Of a DNA stretch of 64,000 nt, positions 44,875 to 54,121 are shown one piece after another; the stretch's first letter is position 1; every line of letters starts with the position of its first letter. The stretch lies in the sequence record MW825358.1. One strand, given 5' to 3'. The position numbers and the translations under genes were made by a program. The notes beneath the pieces were generated by a model. The model saw only the letters and a program-made list of their open reading frames with translations. It made no database searches and was not told the DNA's origin.

Positions 44875-47250
44875 ATGAAGAACACCCGTATTGCACAGTC
44901 CCTGCGCAGCTTGATGGTGAGCCCTTCGCTTGAGAGCGACACCGAGACCGGTCCGGCCGGTGAGGGCGTGGTCAAGCAGGAGCTGGAAGCTGCCCAGGAC
45001 CTGCCGGCCGATGGCGCTGCTGCCCCGGCTGAAGACAAGGACCTGACCACCCATTCCGTGGAAGTGGCCGAAGGCACCGAGACCGAATCGGCTGCCACCG
45101 AAGTTGACGGTGAGGCTGCTGAAGCTGTCACCACGACCGAGCAGGCTGAGAACGTCACCACCTCCACCGAGTCCATCGAAGTGGCTGAGGCCCCGGCTGG
45201 TGAGGCTGTGGTCCACGCTGAAGTGGAGAAGGTCGACGAAACCCCGGCTGATGCCCAGATCGGTGAAGCCGAAGGCGCAGAGCTGTCCACCACGACGGAA
45301 GAAGTCGGTGAGCGCTCGGAGTTGGAAGCGGCTGCAACTGAAGTGACCGGCGATGAAGTCGAAGGTGCCGAGACCGTCGTGGCTGACGCAGAGCAGGCCA
45401 CTGCGGCCGAGCTGTGCGAAGGTGGCGAGGCCACTGTTTCGCAGGAAGGCATCAAGGGCGCTATCGGCGGCGTGATCGCCACCATCATTCCCGGTCTCGG
45501 CGTTTTGCCGGGCGGCATCATGGGGCATGCCATCGAAGAGCAGGCCAATGAAATCCTCAAGCTCGAAGAGCAGCTGAAGGAAGCGAAGAAGGAACTGAAG
45601 GATCTCGGCAAGAAGGCTAAGGCCTCCAACGAATCCATCGACGGTGAAGTCGATGCGACCGACGCCGCTGCTGCGGCTGCTGCGTTTGCCGAAGGTGCTG
45701 CTGGCGCGGCTGAAGCCGCTGCTGCTGTTGCCGCTGGTGACGAAGCTCCGGTTGAGCAGGCTGCTGAGGCTGTGGTGGAAGCCAATGCTGCGGCCGATGA
45801 GGCTGTGGAAGCGGCCGCCGATGCCGGTGAAGCTGCTCAGGAAGTGGTGGAGATCGCCGCTGATGCCCCGGCTGAGGAAGAGGCTGGTCTGGACGAAGAG
45901 ATCGCTGGCGGCGACGCTGAGATCGCTGAGATCGAAGGCGACATCGCCGACGCTGAAGACGCCGCGGCTGAGTTCGAGGAAGGCGCCGCCACCCTCGAGG
46001 CGCTGGTCGATGCGCTGCGTGATTGCCAGCAGATGGGCGGTATGACCCCCCAGACGGCGCGCATGTTCAACATCGGCTTTGAGTCGGTGGCCGTGCGTCT
46101 GACCGGTGCTCCGTTCAAGGACGAGACCGGTGGTTCGGTGATTCCGTCGATGGAGTCCTTCGGTGGCACGATGCGTCGTGACCGTGCGACGGAGATCTCC
46201 ATGGAAGCTGCTTCGGATTGGCTGAAGAAGACCCTGGAAGTGCTCAAGCGCACCCTGGCTCAGATCAAGGAGTGGACCATCAAGTTCTTCCAGGCCGTGT
46301 TCACTCAGGCTGGTCGTTACAAGGCCCGTGCTACCAAGTACAAGGCTGTTGCCCAGAAGCTGGGTTCGACTCGTGGCAAGTCCGGTAAGCTCAAGGTCTC
46401 CGATGAGCTGGCTCGTAAGATCCAGGTGGGTGGCGATATCTCCCATTGGGACATGAGCGACCTGCTGGCGTTGACGCAAGCTGCTGCCGTGCGCAATAAG
46501 GAAGGCACCCAGTTCCTGATGGCCATGCGTGATAACCTGAATAAGGTGGCCGATCGCATTGTGAAGGGTGAGATTACCGATATGGAATTGATCGGTAATT
46601 CTCTCATGGTGGGTTCCTCGTCGATGGAAGGTTCGCTGCGCAATGCTGCCTTTAGCGAGCCCTACAGCGCAGATGGCCAGGAAGGCTTCCAGACCAAGGT
46701 CCTGCCCGGCGGTGTCCGTCTGGCTGCGATCAGTCCGAAGTCTGAGAGTGAAGATAGCTTCAAGGCCAAGCTCATGATCGCCCTGCGTGGTTGGCGTGTG
46801 GTGCAGGTCCCGGTTGACGATAAGACCGCGGTCAAGACCGAAATCGCTACGCCTTCGGCTGCTCAGCTGAGCAAGATCTGCGGTGACGCACTGAGTGTGT
46901 TGGCCGCGGTGGAGAAGGCCAAGAGCGAGTTCAAGGCCGAAGCCTTTGATCTGGCCAATATCAACATCAGTGGTGAGGCCAGCGAAGATCAGGCCAAGTT
47001 GATCCGTACGGTCGCTGCCGATTACAGCGCAACTGTGCGTATTGCCTCGGCCGGTACCTCCAAGCTGTTCAAGTACGTGATCAGCACCACCGGTGCTTAT
47101 CTGGACTTCGTGGCTGTGGCGCTGAAGGACTACGGCGTGCAGGTCACTGCGGCCGGTCAGGTTGGCCAGGCAGTCACCGATGTGGCCGATGCGGCCAAGA
47201 ACGTGGCGTCTGCAACCGTTGACACGGCCAAGGCGGCCGTTGCAGCTTAA
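44875..47250 (+). CDS. Internal head protein (phiKZ gp93-like family) with a long acidic propeptide
   Basis: SLE, SQE, SNE, SME and SME sites; E/A-rich N-half; PSMES...ISMEAASDW family motif. Confidence 0.8.
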   Translation: MKNTRIAQSLRSLMVSPSLESDTETGPAGEGVVKQELEAAQDLPADGAAAPAEDKDLTTHSVEVAEGTETESAATEVDGEAAEAVTTTEQAENVTTSTESIEVAEAPAGEAVVHAEVEKVDETPADAQIGEAEGAELSTTTEEVGERSELEAAATEVTGDEVEGAETVVADAEQATAAELCEGGEATVSQEGIKGAIGGVIATIIPGLGVLPGGIMGHAIEEQANEILKLEEQLKEAKKELKDLGKKAKASNESIDGEVDATDAAAAAAAFAEGAAGAAEAAAAVAAGDEAPVEQAAEAVVEANAAADEAVEAAADAGEAAQEVVEIAADAPAEEEAGLDEEIAGGDAEIAEIEGDIADAEDAAAEFEEGAATLEALVDALRDCQQMGGMTPQTARMFNIGFESVAVRLTGAPFKDETGGSVIPSMESFGGTMRRDRATEISMEAASDWLKKTLEVLKRTLAQIKEWTIKFFQAVFTQAGRYKARATKYKAVAQKLGSTRGKSGKLKVSDELARKIQVGGDISHWDMSDLLALTQAAAVRNKEGTQFLMAMRDNLNKVADRIVKGEITDMELIGNSLMVGSSSMEGSLRNAAFSEPYSADGQEGFQTKVLPGGVRLAAISPKSESEDSFKAKLMIALRGWRVVQVPVDDKTAVKTEIATPSAAQLSKICGDALSVLAAVEKAKSEFKAEAFDLANINISGEASEDQAKLIRTVAADYSATVRIASAGTSKLFKYVISTTGAYLDFVAVALKDYGVQVTAAGQVGQAVTDVADAAKNVASATVDTAKAAVAA

Positions 47251-47269
47251 GCGATTGTCTGCGTAGGTG

Positions 47270-47306
47270 CATAACGCGAGGGACCCTTCGGGGTCCCTCG
47301 CTTATG
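47270..47306 (+). terminator. UUCG hairpin flanked by CATA/TATG
   Basis: GCGAGGGACCC-TTCG-GGGTCCCTCGC. Confidence 0.75.
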
Positions 47307-47344
47307 TTGGTCATCGTATGTAGACCTTATCTCGAGATTGTACA

Positions 47345-47743
47345 ATGAAAAAGCTCAAGCAGAAATTCCTTGCGACCCTAGAGTCCTTCGATGAGGGTGC
47401 TGATACGGCCATCGACCACACCGCCACACCGGTGCCTGTCGAGGATCTTACCCACCAGATCGAACTGGCTAAGCTGGATGTGGAGAGTCTGGTCAGTCTG
47501 AAAGAAGCCATCTCTGAAAATACGGAGGTTGGTCTGGAGGCGATGTCTGCCAAGATGGCACATATCCAACTTACGGCCATCCAGCGTCGGCATGGCTTGC
47601 AAGATGATCTTCCTTCCGTGCAGGATTTCCACGGTCGCGGTGCCCGCTTGGCTACTGCCGTGTCGCTGGAATCGGTGAGTAACACCATCGAGCATGTGCA
47701 AGGTTGGATTGCCCGTGCCAGTGGCGCGACAGAAACCATATAA
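47345..47743 (+). CDS. Short internal-head paralog, N-terminal domain only
   Basis: TLES, GLEA, PSVQDF...AVSLES motif; stops about 20 aa after the last SLE. Confidence 0.7.
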   Translation: MKKLKQKFLATLESFDEGADTAIDHTATPVPVEDLTHQIELAKLDVESLVSLKEAISENTEVGLEAMSAKMAHIQLTAIQRRHGLQDDLPSVQDFHGRGARLATAVSLESVSNTIEHVQGWIARASGATETI

Positions 47744-47746
47744 AAC

Positions 47747-47776
47747 ACAGGAGGGTCTTTGGACCCTCCTGTTATG
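47747..47776 (+). terminator. Hairpin followed by TATG
   Basis: ACAGGAGGGTC-TTTG-GACCCTCCTGT. Confidence 0.7.
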
Positions 47777-47820
47777 CCGCCATTCTATGTAACCTTTTCA
47801 ATTACCCCAAGGAGCCTGCT

Positions 47821-49152
47821 ATGACTGCCCATGTCAAGCGAGCATTTGTGACTACGCTGGAGTCGATCAAGCAAGAAGCCTTGGCAGGCTCGCTGGAAGA
47901 GTCCTACGAATTTGAACTGCCTGACAATTATCCCTTTGATGGGATTGACAGTGGCTTTGAAGCCTGGTCTGGCTTGGAGAGCCTGATTGAGTCCTTGCGT
48001 GATGCCCAATCGGTTGGACTGAATCGGGAACAAGTCCAAACGCTCTTTGCCAGCACCGAAGCGTTGCAAGAACATTCGATTGTTGGCGAGATCTTGCTGC
48101 CTTCGCTGGAAGCCTTTGAGATGTTCTCTGCCAATGCCACCGAAGTTTCGATGGAGGCCTTGCGTGAGTCGGTCAAGCGTACGATCCAGGCGGTACTCAA
48201 AGCCATTGCCCAGTTCTGGGTGCGGCTGGTGGATTTTGTCCAAGACGTCCTGCGCTCTACCGCACTGACCCGAGGTCGTGTGGCTGTGGTGGAAAGTCGT
48301 GTGCGTCAAGCCTACGGACTTGCCCCTAAAGTGGACAAAGTCGATGTCTCAGGGGTGATCTTGAATCTGTCCTCTGAGCGCGTGCGCGCCGTGGACTTTC
48401 GCCGCCTGAGTCAAAACCTGCAAACCCTGCACTCGCAGATCAGCAATGTCCGTCAAGCCTACGTGCCGATGGTCACGCGCCTGGCAACTGAAATGCTGCG
48501 TGTGTTTGAGCAGTGGCCCACAATGGATGGTCCGACCTGGTTGGCACGGTTAAACAGCATTGCCAGTAATTATGATCCGGCCCGGGTACTCTCAGCAGCA
48601 GGCCCGCTCAACCCGCGTTTGAATGCCACCTTTGGCGCTGATGCGTTAATGGCACCGGCCTTACCGGGTATGAAGAACATGGTCATCATCCCAGCCTCAG
48701 GCGATGCGGCAGATCTGTCCACCACAGAAGTGCGCCGCGCGGCCGCCTTGCAAAACGCACAGGTGGTGGTGACCCAGTTGCGTCCAGATTCAACCTTCCA
48801 CGAAAAGCGGGAGATGATGGATGTCCTACCCTTGGCCAACGTAGAGGCCATCGTCCGGCAGGTGCGCGCGATCTTAGATGAGATCGATGCCACCACCCGC
48901 GATGACTCGCGTCGGGTCTTGCGTGATATGGCTGCTCGGATGGATCGGCTGGCCCGCAGCGGTCTGTCTATCCCCGATGGTCAAAACATGATCTTCCAAG
49001 CCGGTATCAATTACGCCCGTGCAGTCTCGCGTTGGTGTAAGGAACCGTATTTCTCCCTGATTGGTCATGGTGTCTATGTGTGCAACCAGACTTTGCGTCT
49101 GTGCAATGCCCACCTCGGTGCCTATCTTCTTTCTCCTGCTCAAGCAAGGTAA
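47821..49152 (+). CDS. Internal head protein paralog
   Basis: AAGGAG RBS; TLES, GLES, PSLEAF...VSMEAL motif. Confidence 0.78.
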   Translation: MTAHVKRAFVTTLESIKQEALAGSLEESYEFELPDNYPFDGIDSGFEAWSGLESLIESLRDAQSVGLNREQVQTLFASTEALQEHSIVGEILLPSLEAFEMFSANATEVSMEALRESVKRTIQAVLKAIAQFWVRLVDFVQDVLRSTALTRGRVAVVESRVRQAYGLAPKVDKVDVSGVILNLSSERVRAVDFRRLSQNLQTLHSQISNVRQAYVPMVTRLATEMLRVFEQWPTMDGPTWLARLNSIASNYDPARVLSAAGPLNPRLNATFGADALMAPALPGMKNMVIIPASGDAADLSTTEVRRAAALQNAQVVVTQLRPDSTFHEKREMMDVLPLANVEAIVRQVRAILDEIDATTRDDSRRVLRDMAARMDRLARSGLSIPDGQNMIFQAGINYARAVSRWCKEPYFSLIGHGVYVCNQTLRLCNAHLGAYLLSPAQAR

Positions 49153-49157
49153 TTAAC

Positions 49158-50441
49158 ATGTCTGCCCGATTGGCCAATGCCATCAAACTTGCATCAGAAG
49201 ATGCACTTGCCACTGTTTCTTTAGAATCAATCGAACACAACCTTGCCGAGTCCACCGTTTCCTTAGAGCAGCACTTAGAGGATCTGGAAGGTCTGCAGCT
49301 GGTGGCCGCTGGTCTGGAGTCGGTGGTGGTGTCTTTTGAATCCATCGACAGTCCCTCAGCCCAACAATTTGAAACTCACCGCACCCAAGCTGCGACCTAT
49401 CTCCAGCTTAGCGGTTTGTCGGCTGAAGAAGCGCGCAGCGTCCTTCCGTCAATGGAAGCGGCCGGTTCGGGCTGGGAGTCCTTCAAGGCGTTCTTAGTGC
49501 GTCTGTGGGAAATGGTCAAGGCTGCCCTGACCAAGACTCTGACCCTGATCATGCAGTTGCTGCGCCGCTCCACCACGGGTGAGAAGGTGGCCATGGGTCG
49601 CCTGCGTCTGGCACAAACGGCCATGGCCAAACTGTCGGCGTCTTTGACGATCAAGCCGGTGGTTACCCTGAATCAAACCCACCGCTACCTGTGCTCGGAA
49701 ACGCAGATCCCCAAAACCCTCCAGGAAGTCATGGGTAATCTGCGTACCTACAAGACCAACCGTGATCTGGTGTTGCGTGAGATGCCTAACGTGATGGCCA
49801 AGGTGGTTGATGATCTGACCCATGCCTTAGATCGACTGGCCTTGGGTGGTACTGTTGAGCAGGTCTCTGCTTCTGTTGTGGCCGTGGGTCCGGATATGCT
49901 TAAGGCGTTGGAGCCCCTGCGCCCCGGTCCGATGGGTCAGAAGCTGGGGGTGGTCAACGGTCACCTGTCGTTGGCCTATGACCGAGCGGTGGAAGTGGCT
50001 GGCGTGGAGAACGGAGATGAAGTCAATCTCAGCAGCCTGGGCGTGCGTGTGACTCAACTGACACTTGACATGCCCGAGATCGATGGTCAGGACTTCCCGG
50101 CCCTGCGCGTGGCAGAGCTGAAGGAACTGCATCGGATGGCGGTGGATCTGATTGACACTGCTAGTCAGGCTGAGGCGCAGTTGGCCCGTGTGGTCAACAA
50201 GGTCTCGATCAAGGCCCGTGGGCTGGACTTTGATGCCATCATCAAGAGTGTGCTGCGTAAGGAAGGTCTGAGCGTGGAAGCCCAGACGGTGCTGAAGCAA
50301 GTACTGCACCTGCGTCAGGCCATGCCGCGTTGGGTGGTGATCCCCGCCGCACAGATCTGCTCGATCAACATCTTGGTGGTCAATGCGATTATCTCGATGA
50401 TCAATACCCAGGTTGAGAACTACCAAGATCCCAACCAGTAA
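49158..50441 (+). CDS. Internal head protein paralog
   Basis: ASE, SLE, SLE, GLE, SFE and PSMEA sites. Confidence 0.78.
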   Translation: MSARLANAIKLASEDALATVSLESIEHNLAESTVSLEQHLEDLEGLQLVAAGLESVVVSFESIDSPSAQQFETHRTQAATYLQLSGLSAEEARSVLPSMEAAGSGWESFKAFLVRLWEMVKAALTKTLTLIMQLLRRSTTGEKVAMGRLRLAQTAMAKLSASLTIKPVVTLNQTHRYLCSETQIPKTLQEVMGNLRTYKTNRDLVLREMPNVMAKVVDDLTHALDRLALGGTVEQVSASVVAVGPDMLKALEPLRPGPMGQKLGVVNGHLSLAYDRAVEVAGVENGDEVNLSSLGVRVTQLTLDMPEIDGQDFPALRVAELKELHRMAVDLIDTASQAEAQLARVVNKVSIKARGLDFDAIIKSVLRKEGLSVEAQTVLKQVLHLRQAMPRWVVIPAAQICSINILVVNAIISMINTQVENYQDPNQ

Positions 50442-50546
50442 GTAGAAACTGGTACTCCACGTTCTTTTTGGACGTGGAGTACCATTCTATGGCGTTCATT
50501 CACTTAACAATTGAATTGAGCGTACGCCAAAAACCCTTATGGAAAT

Positions 50547-52652
50547 ATGCATATGACCAAGATCTCCAAAGCCCTCCGCTCCATCGCTGCTGCACAGCGT
50601 GTGAGTATGGAGGACGCCACTCCGACCGTGCAGGGTCAGGAAGGCGAGTTGAACGAGGCGGAACTGAAGGAAGTGGCCGACAAGGCCGCAGCTGAAGTTG
50701 CTCCGGCCGAAGGTGAAGGTGAGGCCGCTGAGGCCGCGCAAGATACGCAAGTGGAAGGCCAAGCGCCGACCAGTGATGACGGTGCTGCCAGCGAGGCGGT
50801 GGCCGAAGACGGTACTGCTGCCCCCACCGAAGCGGAACTGCCGACGCTTGATGAAAGCGCGCAGGATCCTGCTGCTGAAGGTGGTGAGATCGAAGCGTCC
50901 GACGTGCCGGCTGAGGACATCCAGACGCCGGCTGAGGCCGAACTGGAAGAAGCCCCGCCTGTTGAGGGCGAAACCGATCCTGCAGCTGAGCTGCCCGCTG
51001 AGCCGGTTGCGGAAATCACCGATACCCCGCCGGCTGCGGAAACCGCACCGGAAGGTGAAGTGGTGGACGAAGCTGCCGCCATTGACGCAGGTGCTGAAGC
51101 TGAAGCCGTGACCCCTGAGGTTGATCCGACCGTGCCGGCCGAGTCAAGCCCCGAAGCGACCCCTGCTGAAACCACCGACGCACCTGCTGCCGAGGTGACT
51201 GAGTCCCCGGCTACCGAGCCGGTGAGTGAAACGAAGGAGGCTGCAGCTCCGGGTCCGAAGACCGATACTTCAGAAGCTGTGCAGGAAGTGGTTGAATTGA
51301 CCGAAGCTCTGGCAGAAGCCAGCAGTGCAGAAGAAGTGGTGCAGCAGGCTCGTACCTTGAGCGATGATCTGACCGATGTGGCTCAGAGCGCTGAGGTGAT
51401 GAATGAAAACGGTGGTGTCTCCCTGGAGTCCCTGACCGGTCTGCGTCTGGCCCTGCGTGCGGCGACCCGTGAGCTGGGTCGTGAGGAAGTCTCCTTAGGC
51501 GTGAGCATGGAGTCCTTTGCCGGTCGTCCGCGCGATGCCCGTGAGCGAGTGTCCCTGGAAGAACTCAACGACCTGATTGCTGAGCTGGATCATGCCCAGC
51601 CGCAGCTGGAGCGTCAGGCAATTGATTCGCTCGATCGTCTGGTGGGTGCCCTGAAGGATGCCCTACCCAGCGCCCTGGAGCGTCTGAAGGCTGTGGTAGC
51701 GCTGGCCGCAGTGTCCAGCGATGAGCGTGAAGGCGGTGCGGTGCAGGTCGATGACGGTCTGGCCAAGGCCCTCAGCGGCGAAGGTGGGATGCCTGAGGAT
51801 CTGGCAAACTTCCTGCAGACCTATGCAGCACTGGGTAATGCCCTGCTGACCGGCTACGCCGATGCAGCCTACCGGGCTGCCAAGGGTGCCTCATTGATGA
51901 CCAATGCGGTGGACTTCTCTTCCATCGAAGCGTTCTGGGAGAAGGTGGGTAAGGTGGTGGACGGGGTGACCGATCCGCGTACGGTGCTGTCCCGCAGTCA
52001 GTTGGAAGCGACCCTACCTGGTGGTGGTCAGCTCTTTGCTTTGCCGGAAGGTGAGATTGAGGCGTCCAACCCGGTGGTCAAGTCGCTGTTTGACTACACC
52101 ACCAACTACGCCCCGCTTGAGGCAACGGTCAGTGCTAACGTTGAGAGCGCTGCGACCTATCCGGCCCTGTCGGCTTCTAAGATCGTGTTGGTGGGTAAGG
52201 CACTGGAAGATGTGCTGTGCATCGATACGATCTGCGAGAAGCTGTGCGAAGGTCAGAAGCTGTGGCCTGAGGCGCAAGATGCCATCCGTCATCTGCGCGA
52301 GAATCTGGCCAATGCGCCGGAGCAGATCGATCAGAGCGCGGGCGCTAACTTCAGCCAGTTGGTTAAGTTCGTGGAAGTCAGCTACTCGCTGGCAACCTGG
52401 CCGCTGCTGAACTACTTGGGGAACCTGGTGTTGACCACCAACGCCTTCGTGCTCTTTGCCGAGCGCGCCCTCAAGGCTGAACCGGCTGCTGCGCCGGAAC
52501 CGGAAGTTGCCGCACTGCCCGTCGAAGGTGAGGCTGTAGCTGAACTCCCGGCGGAACTGACGGGCGATCAACCGTCTGCCGCAGAAGAGGTGGCGACCGA
52601 GCCTGCCGCTCCGGCTGAGCCTGCCGCGGATGCTGATCAGTCCGTTCTGTAA
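50547..52652 (+). CDS. Internal head protein with acidic E/A/P-rich propeptide (phiKZ gp97-like)
   Basis: VSME, VSLES, VSMESF and VSLEE sites. Confidence 0.75.
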   Translation: MHMTKISKALRSIAAAQRVSMEDATPTVQGQEGELNEAELKEVADKAAAEVAPAEGEGEAAEAAQDTQVEGQAPTSDDGAASEAVAEDGTAAPTEAELPTLDESAQDPAAEGGEIEASDVPAEDIQTPAEAELEEAPPVEGETDPAAELPAEPVAEITDTPPAAETAPEGEVVDEAAAIDAGAEAEAVTPEVDPTVPAESSPEATPAETTDAPAAEVTESPATEPVSETKEAAAPGPKTDTSEAVQEVVELTEALAEASSAEEVVQQARTLSDDLTDVAQSAEVMNENGGVSLESLTGLRLALRAATRELGREEVSLGVSMESFAGRPRDARERVSLEELNDLIAELDHAQPQLERQAIDSLDRLVGALKDALPSALERLKAVVALAAVSSDEREGGAVQVDDGLAKALSGEGGMPEDLANFLQTYAALGNALLTGYADAAYRAAKGASLMTNAVDFSSIEAFWEKVGKVVDGVTDPRTVLSRSQLEATLPGGGQLFALPEGEIEASNPVVKSLFDYTTNYAPLEATVSANVESAATYPALSASKIVLVGKALEDVLCIDTICEKLCEGQKLWPEAQDAIRHLRENLANAPEQIDQSAGANFSQLVKFVEVSYSLATWPLLNYLGNLVLTTNAFVLFAERALKAEPAAAPEPEVAALPVEGEAVAELPAELTGDQPSAAEEVATEPAAPAEPAADADQSVL

Positions 52653-52660
52653 AGAAACAA

Positions 52661-52695
52661 CATAGGCAGGGGCCCTTCGGGGCCCCTGCTTTATG
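52661..52695 (+). terminator. UUCG hairpin flanked by CATA/TATG
   Basis: GCAGGGGCCC-TTCG-GGGCCCCTGC. Confidence 0.78.
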
Positions 52696-52831
52696 TCGTT
52701 CTAGTATGTCAATGTATTTCTTCACATCACGTGCACAAAATAGTATTTCTTGACATTTAGGTACCAGAGTGTGGAGAAGGTAAGTCGACATACCGGATCC
52801 GACCCGTTTTAAACCTTCGTAAGGAGTCAAC

Positions 52832-53257
52832 ATGCGACTTTTGAACCTAGGTGGTCAAGATAGCCAGCATAGCCCGCTGGTGATAATGGCCATGGGGGAT
52901 TTGAAGGACGGTGAGGCGTGTTATCATTATCGTGCGAGTCGGGACCATGGGGCGTCAATGTCAGTTGACGGTATGGAAGTAGTTTTCGACAGCAGTGCAC
53001 GCGATAGTGACGCTGAACCAAATGGGGTTTCAATCGACTGTCTTCTAGCGATTTGTGAAGACCAAGCCAAGCAACTCTCAATGGACAATCCCGTCCATCG
53101 AGTGGTGGCAATGCAACTGCTCGCAGCTCGGAGAGCTTTGGCAGTTGAAAGTCAAGGACGTAATATGAGCCCGGTACCTACACTGGGGGAAGCAACAAAC
53201 CTGAGCATTCCAGCCGCCGCACCGGCCAATGTTCAGACAGGGGGATTTAACCATTAG
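52832..53257 (+). CDS. Divergent Tad1-like protein, copy 1
   Basis: YHYRA...VVFD...PNGVSIDCLLAICED; clear paralog of 53301. Confidence 0.55.
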   Translation: MRLLNLGGQDSQHSPLVIMAMGDLKDGEACYHYRASRDHGASMSVDGMEVVFDSSARDSDAEPNGVSIDCLLAICEDQAKQLSMDNPVHRVVAMQLLAARRALAVESQGRNMSPVPTLGEATNLSIPAAAPANVQTGGFNH

Positions 53258-53300
53258 GGGCTACCTTTCCACCTAAGCGATAAAATCCAGAGGTTACACC

Positions 53301-53741
53301 ATGCGCCAGATCCATAGCCACAACGCATACGGCACACACGCCCTGAAGATCACGGCAAACCCGCCGCAGTTCCGTGGCATGCCTTCTCACCAGTATCTGA
53401 TCGAAGGGTTTGATACCACCGAGAACAGCGCAGTTCGTTCCGGCGGCTACGTGCCGCGTTTCCGCAACTTGTCCATCGTGTTTGAAACCGACCAGTCCAA
53501 TCCCGACCGGCCGGATGGAGTCTCGATGGACGCCGTGTTGGCGATCCTGTGCGATCACCTCAACGGCATCCAGTCCGGTCCTAATGCCTCGCAAGGCAAG
53601 CAGATGGCACTGGAGTACATCGAAAGCGCACGTCAGTTGCTGATTGAGGACGCTCAGGTCATGCAGCATGACAACATGTCGCGCTTCAACAATACGCGCT
53701 CGTCCGGGGAAATCCGTTACGCCCAAACCGGCACCCTGTAA
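53301..53741 (+). CDS. Tad1-like (Thoeris anti-defence sponge fold) protein, copy 2
   Basis: SHQYLI...IVF...GVSMDAVLAILCDHLNGIQSGPNAS..KQMALEYIESA aligns with the recalled Tad1 HEYVI...IKFQ...GV..[33 protein letters not shown]. Confidence 0.72.
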   Translation: MRQIHSHNAYGTHALKITANPPQFRGMPSHQYLIEGFDTTENSAVRSGGYVPRFRNLSIVFETDQSNPDRPDGVSMDAVLAILCDHLNGIQSGPNASQGKQMALEYIESARQLLIEDAQVMQHDNMSRFNNTRSSGEIRYAQTGTL

Positions 53742-53748
53742 CAGGCAA

Positions 53749-53790
53749 CGCCCTTCCTCCCGTAGAAAGGAGGAAGGGCGCTTATGCCGT
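53749..53790 (+). terminator. Hairpin followed by TATG
   Basis: CGCCCTTCCTCC/GGAGGAAGGGCG stem. Confidence 0.75.
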
Positions 53791-53818
53791 CGATTGGGAA
53801 AAAGGTCGATTGAAAGGT

Positions 53819-53845
53819 TTTTCACAACTATATTCTTCTAGTGAA
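53819..53845 (+). promoter_or_regulatory. Putative early promoter
   Basis: TTTTCACAACTATATTCTTCTAGTGAA. Confidence 0.65.
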
Positions 53846-53892
53846 CAACTACAAAGCTAAACCATTCTCTCACCACTAACAAGAGATTACCC

Positions 53893-54060
53893 ATGTCAAA
53901 GTTACACAAATACGGACCGACGCTTCTCCGCATTGGTCTTGTCGGTGTGGCCGCCACTGGTGTGGTGATCCTCGCCAATGTGGCATTTTCCAAAATGCTC
54001 GGAGACAGCGAACTGGCTGGTGAGATAGTCAGTGACCTGCTCGATGTAGTGACCAGCTGA
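53893..54060 (+). CDS. 55-aa single-pass membrane protein (absent from the ORF track)
   Basis: MSKLHKYGPTLLRIGLVGVAATGVVILANVAFSKMLGDSELAGEIVSDLLDVVTS*. Confidence 0.7.
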   Translation: MSKLHKYGPTLLRIGLVGVAATGVVILANVAFSKMLGDSELAGEIVSDLLDVVTS

Positions 54061-54121
54061 AGCTTGTAAAGTTCAACAAGAATCCCCCAAGCCCATTCAA
54101 TACGTTGAAGGAAACCAAACC

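Noticed and set aside
52750-52780. Sigma70 promoter at TTGACA
   Set aside because: No recognisable -10 hexamer at 16-18 nt spacing.
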